A stretch of DNA of 64,000 nt, taken from NCBI RefSeq assembly GCF_009914755.1, contig NC_060930.1; one strand, written 5' to 3'. The notes under the pieces were generated by a model, which made no database searches, had not been told where the DNA came from, and saw only the letters and a program-made list of their open reading frames with translations. The DNA is from the human T2T-CHM13v2.0 reference genome, Homo sapiens. This document shows positions 1-18,204 of this stretch, one piece after another (positions within the stretch are counted from its first letter, which is position 1; every line of letters starts with the position of its first letter). The translations under genes were made by a program, and so were the position numbers.

Positions 1-744
1 AGTGATTTAAAGGTAAACATCAGCCTTTCATCTTTCTGACTGGGCTGAAGGCAAATTCATGACCAATCCTCCATCCAGACCATAAAATGTAATGTTTAGT
101 CTCAGGACAGACACCATTAACACCAGAAATAATACCTCTCTCTGCATGTGTATTAAAGTTCTTCTTAACCTGGAGTTGCAACTCTGGGTGTGTGGAATTG
201 TTCTCCAGACTAATAACATTATGCACATCTGAAGAGTTTAAGTTGTAAGTTACCCCAAATAAAGATATCAAATAGGAATAGGTCTTAAACTACAAATTTA
301 TTGTTATATTCTATATCAACCTCACACAGTAAAATAATTAGAAGTCTCATGTCATATTAATTCATGAGCATTCCCTTGTCTTTCTTCTATAAGCCATAAA
401 TTCACACCCTAATATACTGGAGAAAAGTCAACAGAGTCTATAGTACCTCAAGCTCATAATTCTGACCCCTCTACTTTTCACAGTATGATATAAACTGAAT
501 AACAAAAAATCTAGGATACTAAGTTGGTATGTATAGAATTTAAAACAGACCACTGAAACTGTTTTGGTTTTTGTTTCTTTGTTCTTTCACTTAATAAATC
601 ACCCCCCAAAATACCCCCAAAAACTATGTACCCATTTTTGTTAAAGTACCCAAGTTTACATTTACATCTAAGATGGTATGGAACTTTTAAAAATTAGAAA
701 ACTAGTTTTTTATTTAATTTCAATTTTTTTTATTAAAAATTTGA

Positions 745-1056
<312 letters not shown>

Positions 1057-3769
1057 TGAAACCAATGTTTAAAAAATAAAATAGAAAAACCCAATTCATA
1101 TCTTCAATATCTCTTCTTCAAATTAGCAACTCTTCAAATTCATTCAAAAATTGTGTCAGTTAAAATTATTTGGTTAAAATGTCAGCACTGAAGTTTCTTG
1201 TCAGGTTCATAAGGGTACATGAGACATCAAATATCATTAGATTGTTGTTAGAAAAAAATTATAATTAGAAACCAATAACAAAAAGATAATCAGAAAATCT
1301 CAAAATACATGGACATTAAACAACACACTTCCAAATAACACCTGGGTCAAAGAAGAAATCCCAAGAAAATTTAAAAGTATTTTGAACTAAATTAAAACAA
1401 AAACACAACATATGAAAATTTCTGGAATGCAGCAAAGTCATGCTTAGGTGGAAATTTATAGCATTGAATGAATGTAATAGAATAGAACAAAGCCTAAAAT
1501 TAATAATTTAAGCTTCCAACTTAGAAATCTAGAAAAAATAGGGCAAATTAAATAGAAAGTAAGAAGAAGAAATAATAAACATTTGAACAGAAATCAATAA
1601 AATTGAAAATAGGAAACCAATAGGCAAAATCAAGGAAATCAAAAGCCAATTCTTTGAAAAGATAAGAAAAATCAATAAGCTTCTAGCAAGGCTAACTATA
1701 ATAAAAGAAAGAAGAAAGGACACAAATTGCTAATATCAGAAATGAAAAAGGGGACATCACTACAGCTCCCATGGACATTGATAATAAAGGAATACTATTA
1801 ACAACTTTATGCCCACAAGCTTGGTAACCTAGATGAAAGGGACCAACTCCTTGAAAGACAATCTGCCAAAACTCACACAAGAACAAATAAACAATCTTAA
1901 TAGGCCTAAATCTATCAAAAACATTGAATCAATAACTAATAACCTTCCAAAACAGAACGCATCATGTCCAAATGAATTCACTGCTAAATGTTACCAAATA
2001 TTTAAGGAAGAAATTAAAGCAATCTGTACAATCTCTTTTAGAGAATAGAAGCAGAGAGAATACTTTCTAACTTATTCTGAGACCAGCATCACTCTAATAC
2101 CAAAATCAGATGAAGACATTCAAAAAAAAGAAAACTATGTACCTGTATCTCTCATGAACATAGATGCAAATATTCTCAACAATTATTAGCAAATTGAATC
2201 CAACAATGTACAAACAGCATTATACACCACAACCAAGTGGGATTTATTTCAGGTATACAAAGCTGGTTCAACATTGCAAATCAATTACTGTAATTCATCA
2301 CATCAACAGGCTAAAAAAGAAAAGTCATATGATCATATAAATAGATGCAGAAAAAGCACCTGACGGTATCCAATATCCATTTAATTTAAAAAAATCTCAG
2401 GAAACTAGGAATAGAGGAAAACTTCCTCAGTTTAATAAAAAATATCTACAAAAACCTACAGCTAACTAGAAGTGTTCCTACTGAGATCAGGAAAAAGGTA
2501 AAGATGTCTCTTCTTACTACTGCTTTTCAAGATTACACTGGAAGTCCTAGCTAACGCAATAAGAAAAGGAATTAAAAGGTATACTGATAGGGAAGATGGA
2601 AATAAAAGTGTCTTTGTTTTTATATGACATGATTGTTTAGGTAAAAATCTGAAAGAATTGACCAAAAAATCCTCCAACTAATAAGCAATAGTAGCAAGGT
2701 TGCAGGATACAAGGTTAATGTACAAAAGGCAATTGCTTTTCTATATATCGGCAATGAACAAGTGAAATTTGACATTAAAAACACAATACCATTTACTTTG
2801 GCATCCCCCCAAAATGAAATACTTAGGTATAAATGTAACAAAATATGAACATGATCTATATGAGAACTACAAAACTCTGATGAAAGAAATCAAAAAAGAA
2901 CTAAATAAATGAAGAGGTATTCTATGTTCATGGATAGGAAGACTCAATATTGCCAAGACATCAATAATCCCCAACTTGATCTACAGATTCAATGCAATCT
3001 TAGTTAAATCTCAGCAAACTATTCTGTGGACATTGGCAAAGTTATATGGGGAGTCAAAAGACACAACATTGAAGAAGAAGAACAAAGTTGGAGGAATGAC
3101 AATACCCAACTTCAAGATTTAATATAAAGCTACAGTAACCACGACTGCATGGAATTGGCAAAAGAAGAGACAAAGAGATCAATAGAACAGGATAGAAAGC
3201 CCAGAAATAAACTCACATAAACATAATCATCTGACCTTTGACAAAGAAGCAAAGACAATACAGTGGAGCAAAGATAGTCTTTTTGGCAAATGATGCTGGA
3301 ACAACTGGAAATTCATAGCCAAAAAATGAATCTACATACAGACCTTACACTCTTTACAAAAATTAACTTAAAATAAATCACAAACACAAATGAAAAATGC
3401 AAAACTATAAGCTCTTAAAAGATAATATAAGAGAAAATCTAGATGCCTTGGCATGACAATGACTTTACAGACACAACACCAAAAGCATAATCCATGAAAA
3501 AAAGAATTGATAAGCTGTACTTCATTAAAATGAAAATTTTCTACTCTGTAAAAGACACTATCAAGAAAATGAGACGACAAGCCACAGACAGGGAGAAAAT
3601 ATTTGCCAAAGACACATCTGATAAAGATTGTTCTTCAAAATATACAAAGAATGCATAAAAGTCAACAATAAGAAAACAAACAACTTGATTATGAAATAAG
3701 CCAAAAACCTTAACAGACACCTGCTTCCCCAAAGAAGATACATAGATGGGAAATAAGCATACAAAAAGT

Positions 3770-3954
3770 CAGGACTAGCTACATAATCTTCAGCATCTAG
3801 TGTAAAATATAAATACGGAGTTACTTGTTCAAAACTTACTAAGAATTTTAAAACAAATTTCATTTGCCCCAACAGAGTATTAAACTGAGTGTGGGGTCGG
3901 TCCTTTGAAGTATGGCGCCCTGTGAAACTGCACTGGTGATACATCCATGAAGCT
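3770..3954 (-). mobile_element. MER45A-like hAT-Tip100 non-autonomous DNA transposon nested in the L1
   Basis: caggactagctacataat...gtgtaaaat...cttgttcaaaa...ccctgtgaaactgcac...ccatgaagc matches recalled MER45A reverse complement; L1 homology resumes on both sides. Confidence 0.8.
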
Positions 3955-4677
3955 CCACATTATATGTTATCAGGTAAATGCAAATTTAAACAGATAACAC
4001 TACACACCGGTTAGAATGGCCAAACTCTAGAACACTGACCACTCTAAATGCTGGCAAGGATGTGGAACGACAGGAACTCTCATTCATTGGTGCTGGGAAT
4101 GCAAAATGATGTAGCTACTTTGCAAGACAGTTTAGCAGTTTCCTACAAAACTAAATATACTCTTACCATACAATCCAGCAATTATGCTCTCTGGTATTTA
4201 CCCAAAAGAATTGAAACTTACATCCACAAACACACAAAAAAATCCTACACACAGTGATTTATAACAGCTTCACTTGTAATTACCAAAACTGAAAGTAAAC
4301 AAGATACCTTCAGTACTTCAGTAGCTGCATGGAAAAATAAAATGTAGTTCATCCAGTCAATGGAATATTACTCAGTGGTAAAAACAAACGAGCTATCAAG
4401 CCACGAAAAAAACATGAAAGAAACTTTATTATTACTAAGTGAAAGAAGCCAATCTGAAAGCCTGTATATTGCATGATTCCAATTATATGACATTCTGGAA
4501 AAGGTAAAACTAAGTAGATAGTAAAAATACTTTTTTTGGTCAGGGGTTATAGGTAAGAAAGGAATTAATAGGTAGAACACAGGATTTCTAGGGCAGTGAA
4601 ACTATTTTATATCATCTTATAATGGTGAGCACATCTCATGATACATTTCTCCAAACCCATAGAATATACAATACCAA

Positions 4678-4987
4678 TTTGAAGCAATTGTGAATGGGAG
4701 TTCACTCATAATTTCTCCGTTCTTGGTATATAAGAATGCATGTGATTTTTGCACATTGATTTTGCATCCTGAGACTTTGCTGAAGTTACTTATCAGTTTA
4801 AGGAGATTTTGGGCTAAGACGATGGGGTCTGAAATGGTAAGTTTCTTAAAGGAGGACTTGTGCTGTTTATATCCATATTTGACATACCACTCTGCAAAGT
4901 ATGCTTGGCGCACATTAGGCACTCAATTGAACTGAACTTTCCCAAGTACTATGACAGCTCCAGTCATGAGGCTAGTGGCCTCAGTTC
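4678..4987. other. 310-bp templated insertion (150 bp antisense L1PA + 20-bp TSD copy + ~140 bp L2-like/unique flank) bounded by a 10-bp duplication
   Basis: acaataccaa at 4668-4677 and 4988-4997; 4678-4872 matches the reverse complement of ~7677-7871. Confidence 0.9.
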
Positions 4988-5243
4988 ACAATACCAAGAG
5001 TGAACTCTAATGTAAACTATGGTGGATTTGGGGTGCTTATGTTATCTCAATGTAGGTTCATCAACGGTGACGAATGTGCCACTCTGATGGGGGATGTTAA
5101 TAATGGGAGAAGCTATGCATGTGTGGGGCAAACAGTATATGGGAAATATCTACACCTTTCTCTCAATTTTGCTGTGAATCTAAAACTGTTCTAAAAAAAT
5201 TAAGTCTAAAAATGTTCAGTGAAGTATGTATGTTAAAAAGTTA

Positions 5244-5616
<373 letters not shown>

Positions 5617-5619
5617 CTA

Positions 5620-5790
5620 GCCCTTTATCAGTTCTCATTCCCATTCAGTCTTTGTACAATATTTGATGCTATCAATCACTCTCTTTCCAATTATGTTTCC
5701 CTCTTAGCCTCCAAGATTCCTCCTTCTGCTGTGCAGCAAGTGATGGTTTTGTTTGTTGTGGTCACCTGTGTGCTGATTTCATCTCTCCTT
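5620..5790 (+). mobile_element. L2 fragment
   Basis: atatttgatgctatcaatcactctctttcc...ccctcttagcctcc resembles L2 body. Confidence 0.4.
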
Positions 5791-5809
5791 CTGAAATGGT
5801 AAATTTCTT

Positions 5810-7667
<1,858 letters not shown>

Positions 7668-7721
7668 CACGAAACAATATAAACAGCACAAGTCCTCCTT
7701 TAAGAAACTTACCATTTCATA

Positions 7722-9630
<1,909 letters not shown>

Positions 9631-11299
9631 ACAGTCAGCTCAATTACTTTATAATATAGACCAAAGGAACATCCAGATTCTTCAATTACACTGGAATGTC
9701 ATGTGTCCTCCTTTTTTTTTAAATAAAGAAACCATAAATTGCATGTTGGAAGTCTCCTTTTTCTTTCTTTTTTTGGGGTAACATGTTTTTTCATTGTAAT
9801 GTTTATTGAAACAGGACTTGGGTTTTCCCTGTAGCTTTTAAAGTAAAACTTGCCATTCCCCACCCAATTTTCCCACATACCTGCAAAAGTTTACAAAAGA
9901 TACTATCCAAAAGTTCCAAAGAAGGTTAGGAAGAGTTTCATATGGATAATTGAGACTGAACAACTAAACCCACTGAGGGTTAATGCAGACAGACTTTTGC
10001 AGCTTTAATAGTTAAAACAACTGGACCCTCACCTCTTTACATCTGTCGCCACTTTATGTAGGAGAAACTGAGAGAGCCTAACCAACCTCAGCGTTGGGAA
10101 GAACTGTCCTGGAATGCATGCCCGTAGTTCGCTAAGCTGCACCACAGGCAGCTTTTGACTTTTTGCCCTATTAGTTAGTTCTGCCCAGATTTCCCAAAGA
10201 AGGGCAAGACTGCATGCTTCCCTACTGCCCTGGTGCTCCCAGAATCACAAAGAAACTTGCGGGGCAGTTGCTGTGAGGTCTGGGATTCCCACCAGCACTG
10301 AAGCGGTTAACTTTTAGGAAGACCTAGAGAAAGAAAAACAGACTAAGAACTGCCTTGTGCTGGGAGGAGGGTTAGAAATTGAGGCCGTTGCTGTTGTTTT
10401 CATTGTGTGCGCTCTAATCAGGGAGAGTAAGAACAATAATGCATGTAATGCTGATTTTGGAACGTGTCCATGCAGCTTTTCCCAGGCTAGACAGCCTTGG
10501 GAACCACTGATAGAGTGGCACACCAGGGGCACAGCCTCAATCACCAAGCACAGGGCAGGGCAGCCTTTTCTGTGGATAAAATATGTGAGAGATGACAAGA
10601 ATCTTCCCAGCATGGGAAGTGGCAGTAACAAAAATATATATATACAATGGAGTGAAACTGAAGGCTTTGCATCTCGCAGCCCAGCCACGGGGACATGATA
10701 TTTGAAAGATAGGATATTTCTCCTTTTACCCACCCCCATTTTCCTTTTTTGTTTGTTTGTTTCCCTTCTTGTATTCAACTTGCCCTCCCTTTCTTCCCCA
10801 CTCCCATCCCCCAGATTCCCTCTGCCACACTTTGAAGCCCAGATGAAAGCCGTGTGTTGTGGCTGCTGGCACCAAGCAAGAGCAAAAGTGTGCTTTAGTT
10901 TAAGATGCTGTACTTTTCGCTCAAGGAAAAGGGGGAAAAATCAGCTTGAAACAATACATTGCATTTTGCTGGACAGCAGGCTTGTATGTATCTAGGATTC
11001 AAACGTGGTCCTAATTTTTTCAGAGCTTTTGTCTCCAAGGACAAGGCAATAGCTAAAATGTGGCATCCTTTTTCAAAGCAAATACATATAACTGCAAGGG
11101 TTTTGCAGTGGTATTGTTTAATAAAATAAACAAGAGACAAGAATCAGGCACATGAGCTTTTTGGTGTTGACACAACAGCAGATCGTAGCTATTTCAAGTG
11201 TTGTTGAAACAGCTCCCTTACTTTTAAATAGCACAATCTAGCTATGCTGTACTAAATGATTTTTGAAGGAATGACTTCTGTACATTTACTTAGTTATTT

Positions 11300-11468
11300 G
11301 GTTACCACATTTAGCAAATAAAAATTTAGGATACTCAGTTAAATCTGAGTTTCAACTAAACAATGATACAATTTTAGTATATCTCATGCAATGTTTAGGA
11401 TAAACTTATACTAAAAATTTGTTGTTGTTTATCTGACACATATTTAACTAGGCATCCTGTATTTTATG
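11300..11468. mobile_element. MER53 palindromic hAT-type MITE
   Basis: ggttaccacatttagcaaataaaaat...ttatactaaaaatt...tttaactaggcatcctgtatttt; internally self-complementary. Confidence 0.85.
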
Positions 11469-12587
11469 ACAGTTTTTAAATCAGCTCAGTTTTTAAAAAT
11501 AATTTACATTAAAACATTTTTTAAGAGCCTAAGGTTATAACATGAATTTATTTGAGACTCATAAAATTTGAACATAGGGATAATCAACACATCATCCTCA
11601 CAACAACAGAGACTGCCTGTAATAAAGTCCTTTTCTTGTCCCTGTCAACTCATCCCCTAAACATACACAAATTATATAGCCGTTCACGTTACACACACAC
11701 ACCCCACAGAGTGGTTTTTGACTGTTTGTATTTTTTCCATCAAAGAAAGGATTGGCTAATAGATCACTATTGAAAATCAACTCATACCATGGAAAGTGCA
11801 TATAGCTGCCAGTTGGCCATTACTTGAAACCACAGCTGCTTTGTCAAATAGCAATAGCTCATGAGCTCTGATGCATAATAATTTTGGTTAAAATTGTACC
11901 CATTTTATCTACTTAATACCCTGAAACCTGGCTTTGTTTTTTTAAAATTTACTTATAGACATGTGATCAGCCCAAAGGAACCGCTAGGGAAGCTCAGCTT
12001 ACTTTGTTCTGGATGCTTTCTCTGTAAACCTCTGGCCTTCACTCTTGTTCGTATGATCCTGTGTTCACTTGAACTTGGACCAAGATGAAGGCCTGAGACT
12101 TTCGTCCCTCATAGCTGTTATTCCTGAACATGACCTGTGAGAGTTGTGAGTTTCCAATTCATGGTGATTGAAAAGGGAGCTAAAATAAAGTCTAAGAATG
12201 TGAGGAGGATAGTGCTGGAGGAAAAGATTTAGAGTTGTTTTGAAATCTCAATGCATGTGAAATTCAGGTAGTGCTTACATAAGTGGTAAAGTTGCATTTA
12301 ACCTGTATCTGGAAGATGGGTAGGTGTCATTGGAGAGTCATGTCTTTTTGGACAACCATTTTTCCTCTACCACTACTAAATTTCTGATTAAGCAACAGAT
12401 TTCTTTGTTGGAAAAGCAGTTGCTATTAATCAGTTTGTCAGTGTAAGCTCACTTCTGCTTCCTCTTAAATCAACACCAGAAGAAGAATTAACAGAAAATT
12501 TATTTTGCTTGAATATACTTCCGAGGAAAACTAACACGGTTTCAACTTGAGTATCAAACCTAGATAGACTTATATGAACATAGTGTT

Positions 12588-12682
12588 TTTTTTTTTTTTT
12601 CAATTTTGCCCAGGTTGGCCTCGAACGCATAGCCTTTCCTCCTTGTGTGCCAGGACAACTGGCTGGAGCCACCGCAGCTCCC
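12588..12682 (-). pseudogene. Retrocopy of a snaR-related small Pol III RNA (ASR/CAS-like, Alu left-monomer derivative)
   Basis: Minus strand gggagctgcggtggctccagccagttgtcctggcacacaaggaggaaaggctatgcgttcgaggccaacctgggcaaaattg + A13-15; B-box gttcgaggcc; 10-bp TSD acatagtgtt at 12578-12587 and 12683-12692. Confidence 0.75.
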
Positions 12683-12790
12683 ACATAGTGTTACATGATC
12701 TTTTATCATTCAATTTCCTAAACACAGTCAAGATGACACCTAAAGTGAGTTCAGAAATCTACTTTATTCACAGAAAAAAAAAACGGAAGA

Positions 12791-13093
<303 letters not shown>

Positions 13094-13214
13094 TTATCTA
13101 CCTTCTTGCCCCACTATTCACACATCCACCTACAGTCATTTCCCTCTCCATTCCTCTGCTTATATAGAAAGATAACATGTTTGACTAATGAATTCATTGC
13201 CTGTTTCACTGTTG

Positions 13215-13420
13215 AGGTGGAATGCTGGACTGAGAGTCTGGAGGATTTGTTCTAGTTTCAGCTCTGATGCTAATGACTGTATAAACCTGGACAAGTCTAC
13301 CTTCATTCTTAACCAAAACACTGAGAAATAACAAGACAATTTATTTCCTATCAGTTTCCTCATTTGAAATATGAAAAACCAGCTGCTCAAAAATTCCTTC
13401 TTATTCTAAAATTCTGGTTC
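13215..13420 (+). mobile_element. MIR fragment
   Basis: ttctagtttcagctctgatgctaatgactg...cagtttcctcatttgaaatatg core. Confidence 0.55.
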
Positions 13421-16064
13421 TGTAACTGTTTCCATCAGTAAAACCTATTTTCTACTCCAAGTAACAAAAAGCAATGTTTGTGCCAAGTGATTGCACTTAT
13501 TAAATATTTTTGATGGTGATAGTTTTTTTTTAAAAATTTACTGCCAGACCAAACATACATTTAAACAGAAGCAAAAAGAAGTACCTGTAAAAAGTTGAAA
13601 TTGTCAATGATTCGGTCTATAAACCCTCTAGTTTGGGAAATTAGAATTTGTGAATATTGAATGTGGGCCACTGGATCTTCAAATAAGAATAATGCATGGA
13701 TAGAAATTATTATCTAATCATTCAGATGGTCTGCCCATTTATGGACACCACAAATTCAAGGATTTTAGCTGCACTGGAATACAAACACCCAAATAAAACA
13801 TACACTTTTTAAAAAGAGTGTAAATAACACTAGCATTGCTTTCAGTGGTGTAATCAAATATAAAAGAACTTGGGTCAATTATAGGATTGATATGGCATAT
13901 GGAAAATGCTGTTTTTTTAAAAAAATGCAAAATATGGAGACTGGGAACCAGGAACCAATCAAGGGAAAATCTGAAAAATGAAACAAACATCTAGTCTGCT
14001 GATCAGAACCAGGACCCAAGGATTATTGTGGAGAAATCATTGAAATCATCAATTGGGTCTAAGGAGAGTGAAAATGACAACCCGGATAAAGGGATACAGG
14101 GAGAAACTGAACAACAAAAGTACCATGAGGGAGCTGTTAGAGCCCTGGAGTCCTTCTTCAGAACTATGAGGCTCTGAGGTCAGCTTTCTTTTCTCTGTAG
14201 CTCTGTGGCAAGTGGAATCCACCATCTTCCTGTTCCCTCTTCCCAGACTCAAACTTCAGAGATCTGGAGACAGAGTGATGCCAAAAGAGGGAATTTGTTG
14301 CTTTCTCGGTTCCTGTAGATCTTTTCTTTCTCTGACACATTTTTTTGAAGTCCTTTTGTAATGAGATGGCTTAAAATAGCACTGCATGCCAAGTTATAAT
14401 GCATGACTTTACTGCTGCCAAAATGTATTAGTATTAAAGCCTTAACCTATCTGTATATTTTAACCAAATACTTATTTTGGGGGGGTGGATTTCTATTTAG
14501 CACATGTGTCATTTTTAATGTTTTGTTATTTTGTTCATCATCTTAATAATTAATCGCGTCTTCTAAAATACAGATACAGATCAAGAGCCTGTCTATAATA
14601 ATTTCTCCAATACAAAGTTTTCCACACTCAAAGCTAGAACTACTTTTTACATCTCCTTTAATTGGGCTGAATTCTTATTCGAATTGACTTTCTGTTGCCA
14701 ACCAATTGTCTTTAACTGCATTAAAAGTGTACTCAATATTTTCCCTAAGATGGCCATAAAAATCTCATAAATGGAGCCACACTTCCCCCTGATTTTCATG
14801 TTCAATTTAGCACTCTGTTTCCTATCTTTGAAAGGAAGTGAAAATAGGATCCCTAATAGCTTCTCAGGCCCCACCTTAGGTGGATAGGAGAAAGCTAAAG
14901 ACAGCTGGACTTGACAGGGTTTATTATAGAAGAAATTCACAGCCCCTCTCCTAAAGCATCTATGAAGACATTGAGCTTGGGACATTGACCCTCCAACTCA
15001 GATGAAAAAGTTGCCTTTTTCTCTGGGAAATTTAAAGCCATTTTATTCATTCTGACTATAACATGAACATTCTAGTTGCTTTATCCCACCCTCCTTCTTT
15101 AATCTTGCTGGCAAGAATTGGAAGGACATGGAGATCCTTGGAACACAGAGCTCTGCCACTGGCCTCTTCCCCACTGTGGGAGGCAGGTGGGTGTCATGTC
15201 TAGTTTGCCTCCTTCTCAGACCACAGTCCCAGGAGAACAAGTATTTGTTCTCAACGAATACTACATGAGTGGGGCTGGGAGGAAGGACTTAGGAACTTGA
15301 CTGCGTCATGCTCATCAACTAATTAAGAAAAGCTCCCCCAACGTTATGTCTTTCTTACGTACTAATTGTTTATAAACTTCTATTATAATCTAGTAACATA
15401 ATATTAATTTGTTTCATTTTTAACATGTAAGAAAAATCAGTAAATTTTGTGTGGTATCAATTTCTATCTAATTTGACCTTGCCAGCGCCCACAAGCAATG
15501 ACGTCTATATTATAACAGCTTTGTCTGTTCCAGAGTTCTGAAATACCCTTCACAGAAAGGTTATCTTCAGCTTTAGGAAGTTGCCCTCTTTGCTTGTGTC
15601 TGAATGGGATGACTGTAAGTCACCTAAATGGCTGTTTTTCAATACCTATACAGGCTATGATATTTGCTTATGAAATTTTAAAACTAGCAAAACATAACTT
15701 AAAAAAAAAAAAAAGAACACTCAGCCAATCCAGAAAATAAAAGATCCAAAGTAATAATTTTTGGGAGTTCATGTATGTAAGTAATCAAACATTTGATCTC
15801 TTTATCAAGTAGAAAAATGGGTGGTAATATATATCAAAATACTTGATTCTTCTGGGGGTGACCTTGAAGCCCTTAATCTGTATTTCATATCTTTTAGACC
15901 TGGAAATGAATACAGTTACACTATCTTCTCATGTGTACCATTAACTTTTTTCAAAATATGTTAATGCTAATGATGGTGGTACTTCCACCATTTATTTTTT
16001 TCAAAATTTTAGCACAGAGCTTTAACAAGTTAAAAAAATATTATTGCTGCTACTGATAACAAGA

Positions 16065-16215
16065 GAAAGCTCTGATACTGAATGGCTGTGTAATCTTTGG
16101 AGGTAACTTTAATGTTCTCATCTGTAAAATGAGTGAATTAAGACCCAGCTTACATAATTTTTATCAAAATTAAAGATCACATGTGAAGTGTCTGGAACTT
16201 CACATGAGCCCTCCA
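16065..16215 (+). mobile_element. MIR fragment
   Basis: ggctgtgtaatctttgg...ttctcatctgtaaaatgag core. Confidence 0.55.
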
Positions 16216-17589
16216 TAAATTTCTGTGAAATGGTGGTGACTAAAGGAGATTGTTACAAGATTTTGGTGATTTAATTTGTTGTCCAAATAACAGAGAAAAA
16301 AACCCTAGAGTCCCATATGTAAATTATAACATGAAAACAAGAAAATGTCAACAAAATAGTTTCATTTTATTAAGTGGGTAGAGCACTCAATCATGTAGAA
16401 TTTCCTAAATGAAGTTATGCCATTCAGGTAGGGTGACACAGTTGGGATCTAAGTATGAGACAAAAGAAAATAGATTTAAAATCGTAACCAGAATGATCCC
16501 TGGGTGTGAGACATCAGAGTGGGGGAATAAAACAAAACTGAGGCATCTCTTTGGGTGGTTCAGGGAAAGGAATTTTTGGGCTTGGTTAGCTGACAGCCCA
16601 CCAGGAGAGTGAGGAAGAACTGGGCAATCTATCAAGGTCCCAATGACCCACTGGAAATTGTCCATTATTGAGCTAAAAATGAAATTAAGCTCAAATTAAA
16701 ATAACTAGTACTATGTGCCAAAATTCTGCATGTGGTATCATTTTAAGCAATAGAATAATCTTTTCTCACAATTTACAGGAGATGCTGCTACCAACTTCCA
16801 TGTGATTGAGTAAAGTCAGCACCTGCAGAAGTACTATGACAAGTTTAACACAGTATTCTTATTCATTTTTCATGTGACATTTATTCCAAAGAACATTACA
16901 CTTTGTAAGATATCTCACAGTAGGGTTGCCAATTGGTCTAAACCTCTTAAAATTATTTTCAGAAACCATGATTCTTCCTTTTGACAATATACAGACACAT
17001 TTTGCATTTGAGTAAACAGGCACTTGCTCCTTTAAAATTGTATATTTTTACTTAAAATCACCTACAGAGATAGCTTACTGGAAATATTAAACTGCTGCTC
17101 TAAACAGATTGCTAATAATTTAGAAGTAAATACTTTCTGATTTAATTACTTGGGGAAAACTACTGATTTTTCTTTCTCTAAAATAACTTTAAAAGTACTT
17201 CTGTTGCAAATTGTGTAACATATGTTATCCATACAAAACTCTTTAAATAGGATTATGTTAATTCAGGGCCTTAACGTTAAAAAACATTTGACTCTGAGCA
17301 GCATGGTCTCCAAATGTGTGAGAAAGACATGTGGACTGGTCCCCACCACTATGAAATGCTTAAGAAGTATCCATCAAGTAATTGAATCTCAACTGGATGC
17401 CATAGATTTACATATTATAATGTATTCTGTTCTCAAGGAGCTCCTTTGTTCTGAAGAATTTATAAGCTGGCAAAGAGACATTATCAAAATTCAAAAGTAT
17501 ATTTTATGTATTATATACATAACACATAAGTATGCATATACATTATATGTTAGGGGTGTATGCACATGTGTGTGGGAAAATTAAATACT

Positions 17590-17880
17590 AAGTAAACAAA
17601 TAACCCAATTTTTTAAATGGGCAAAAAGATTGGAATAGACACCTCACCAAAGATTTACAAAGAGCAAAGAAGCACATGAAAAGATGCTCAACATCAGTAG
17701 TCATCAGGAAAATACAAATTAAAGCCCAATGAAATACTACTACACACCTACTAGAAGGGTTAAAATTAGAAAGATGGACCATGCCAAGTATTGGTGAGAA
17801 TGTAGAGGATCTGGAACTCTCATACATGTGTAATGGTGGGAATGTAAGATGATACAACTGCTTTGGAAAACAATGGGCTC
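17590..17880 (+). mobile_element. Old L1M ORF2 3' fragment
   Basis: aaatgggcaaaagattggaatagacac...catgaaaagatgctcaacatc...ggaactctcatac. Confidence 0.85.
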
Positions 17881-18204
17881 TTGATAAACTCATGAGAAAT
17901 AATTTGGTAGGAATATTACAGGCACACGGTTATACAGGGTGTACACTGCAAACTTCTAGGGGGAACCATCCACAACCTACTCTATGTGCATGGTCTATCA
18001 CTGATTATGTGCAGAGCATAATCTGGGAGGCCTTATGTGGCAAATCTTACTAAGAAAGTTGGTTTTGAAGTGAGGAATAGGATGCGGCAGGAGTTGGTGG
18101 GGAGGGGAAAGAACAATACATCTGAGAGCTGAAAAAAGAAGGCTGTTCTTGAGGCATAAGATACCAGTTTTGCCAACAATTGCTGTACAAAAGTTTACTA
18201 TTAA

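Larger units (their letters stand above)
1255..5215 (+). mobile_element. Old L1 (L1MC1/2-like): degenerate ORF2 plus 3' UTR, interrupted by MER45A and a 310-bp insertion
   Basis: ORF2-like peptides (LPKLTQEQINNLNRP at 1833-2048; ctcatgaacatagatgcaaa motif); 3' end ...ctcaattttgctgtgaatctaaaactgttctaaaaaa. Confidence 0.9.

Noticed and set aside
4834-4843. Consensus splice donor (atg|gtaagt) inside the duplicated TSD
   Set aside because: There is no supporting upstream acceptor or exon evidence, and the motif is short enough to occur by chance.
4678-4987. Insert as a normal L1 retrotransposition or transduction
   Set aside because: There is no poly(A) or L1 3' end, the target is not an endonuclease consensus, and the content spans an L1 5' junction and its flank.
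10314-10995. 113-154 aa ORFs in unique sequence
   Set aside because: No recognisable domain, overlapping on both strands, some with non-ATG starts; consistent with chance.
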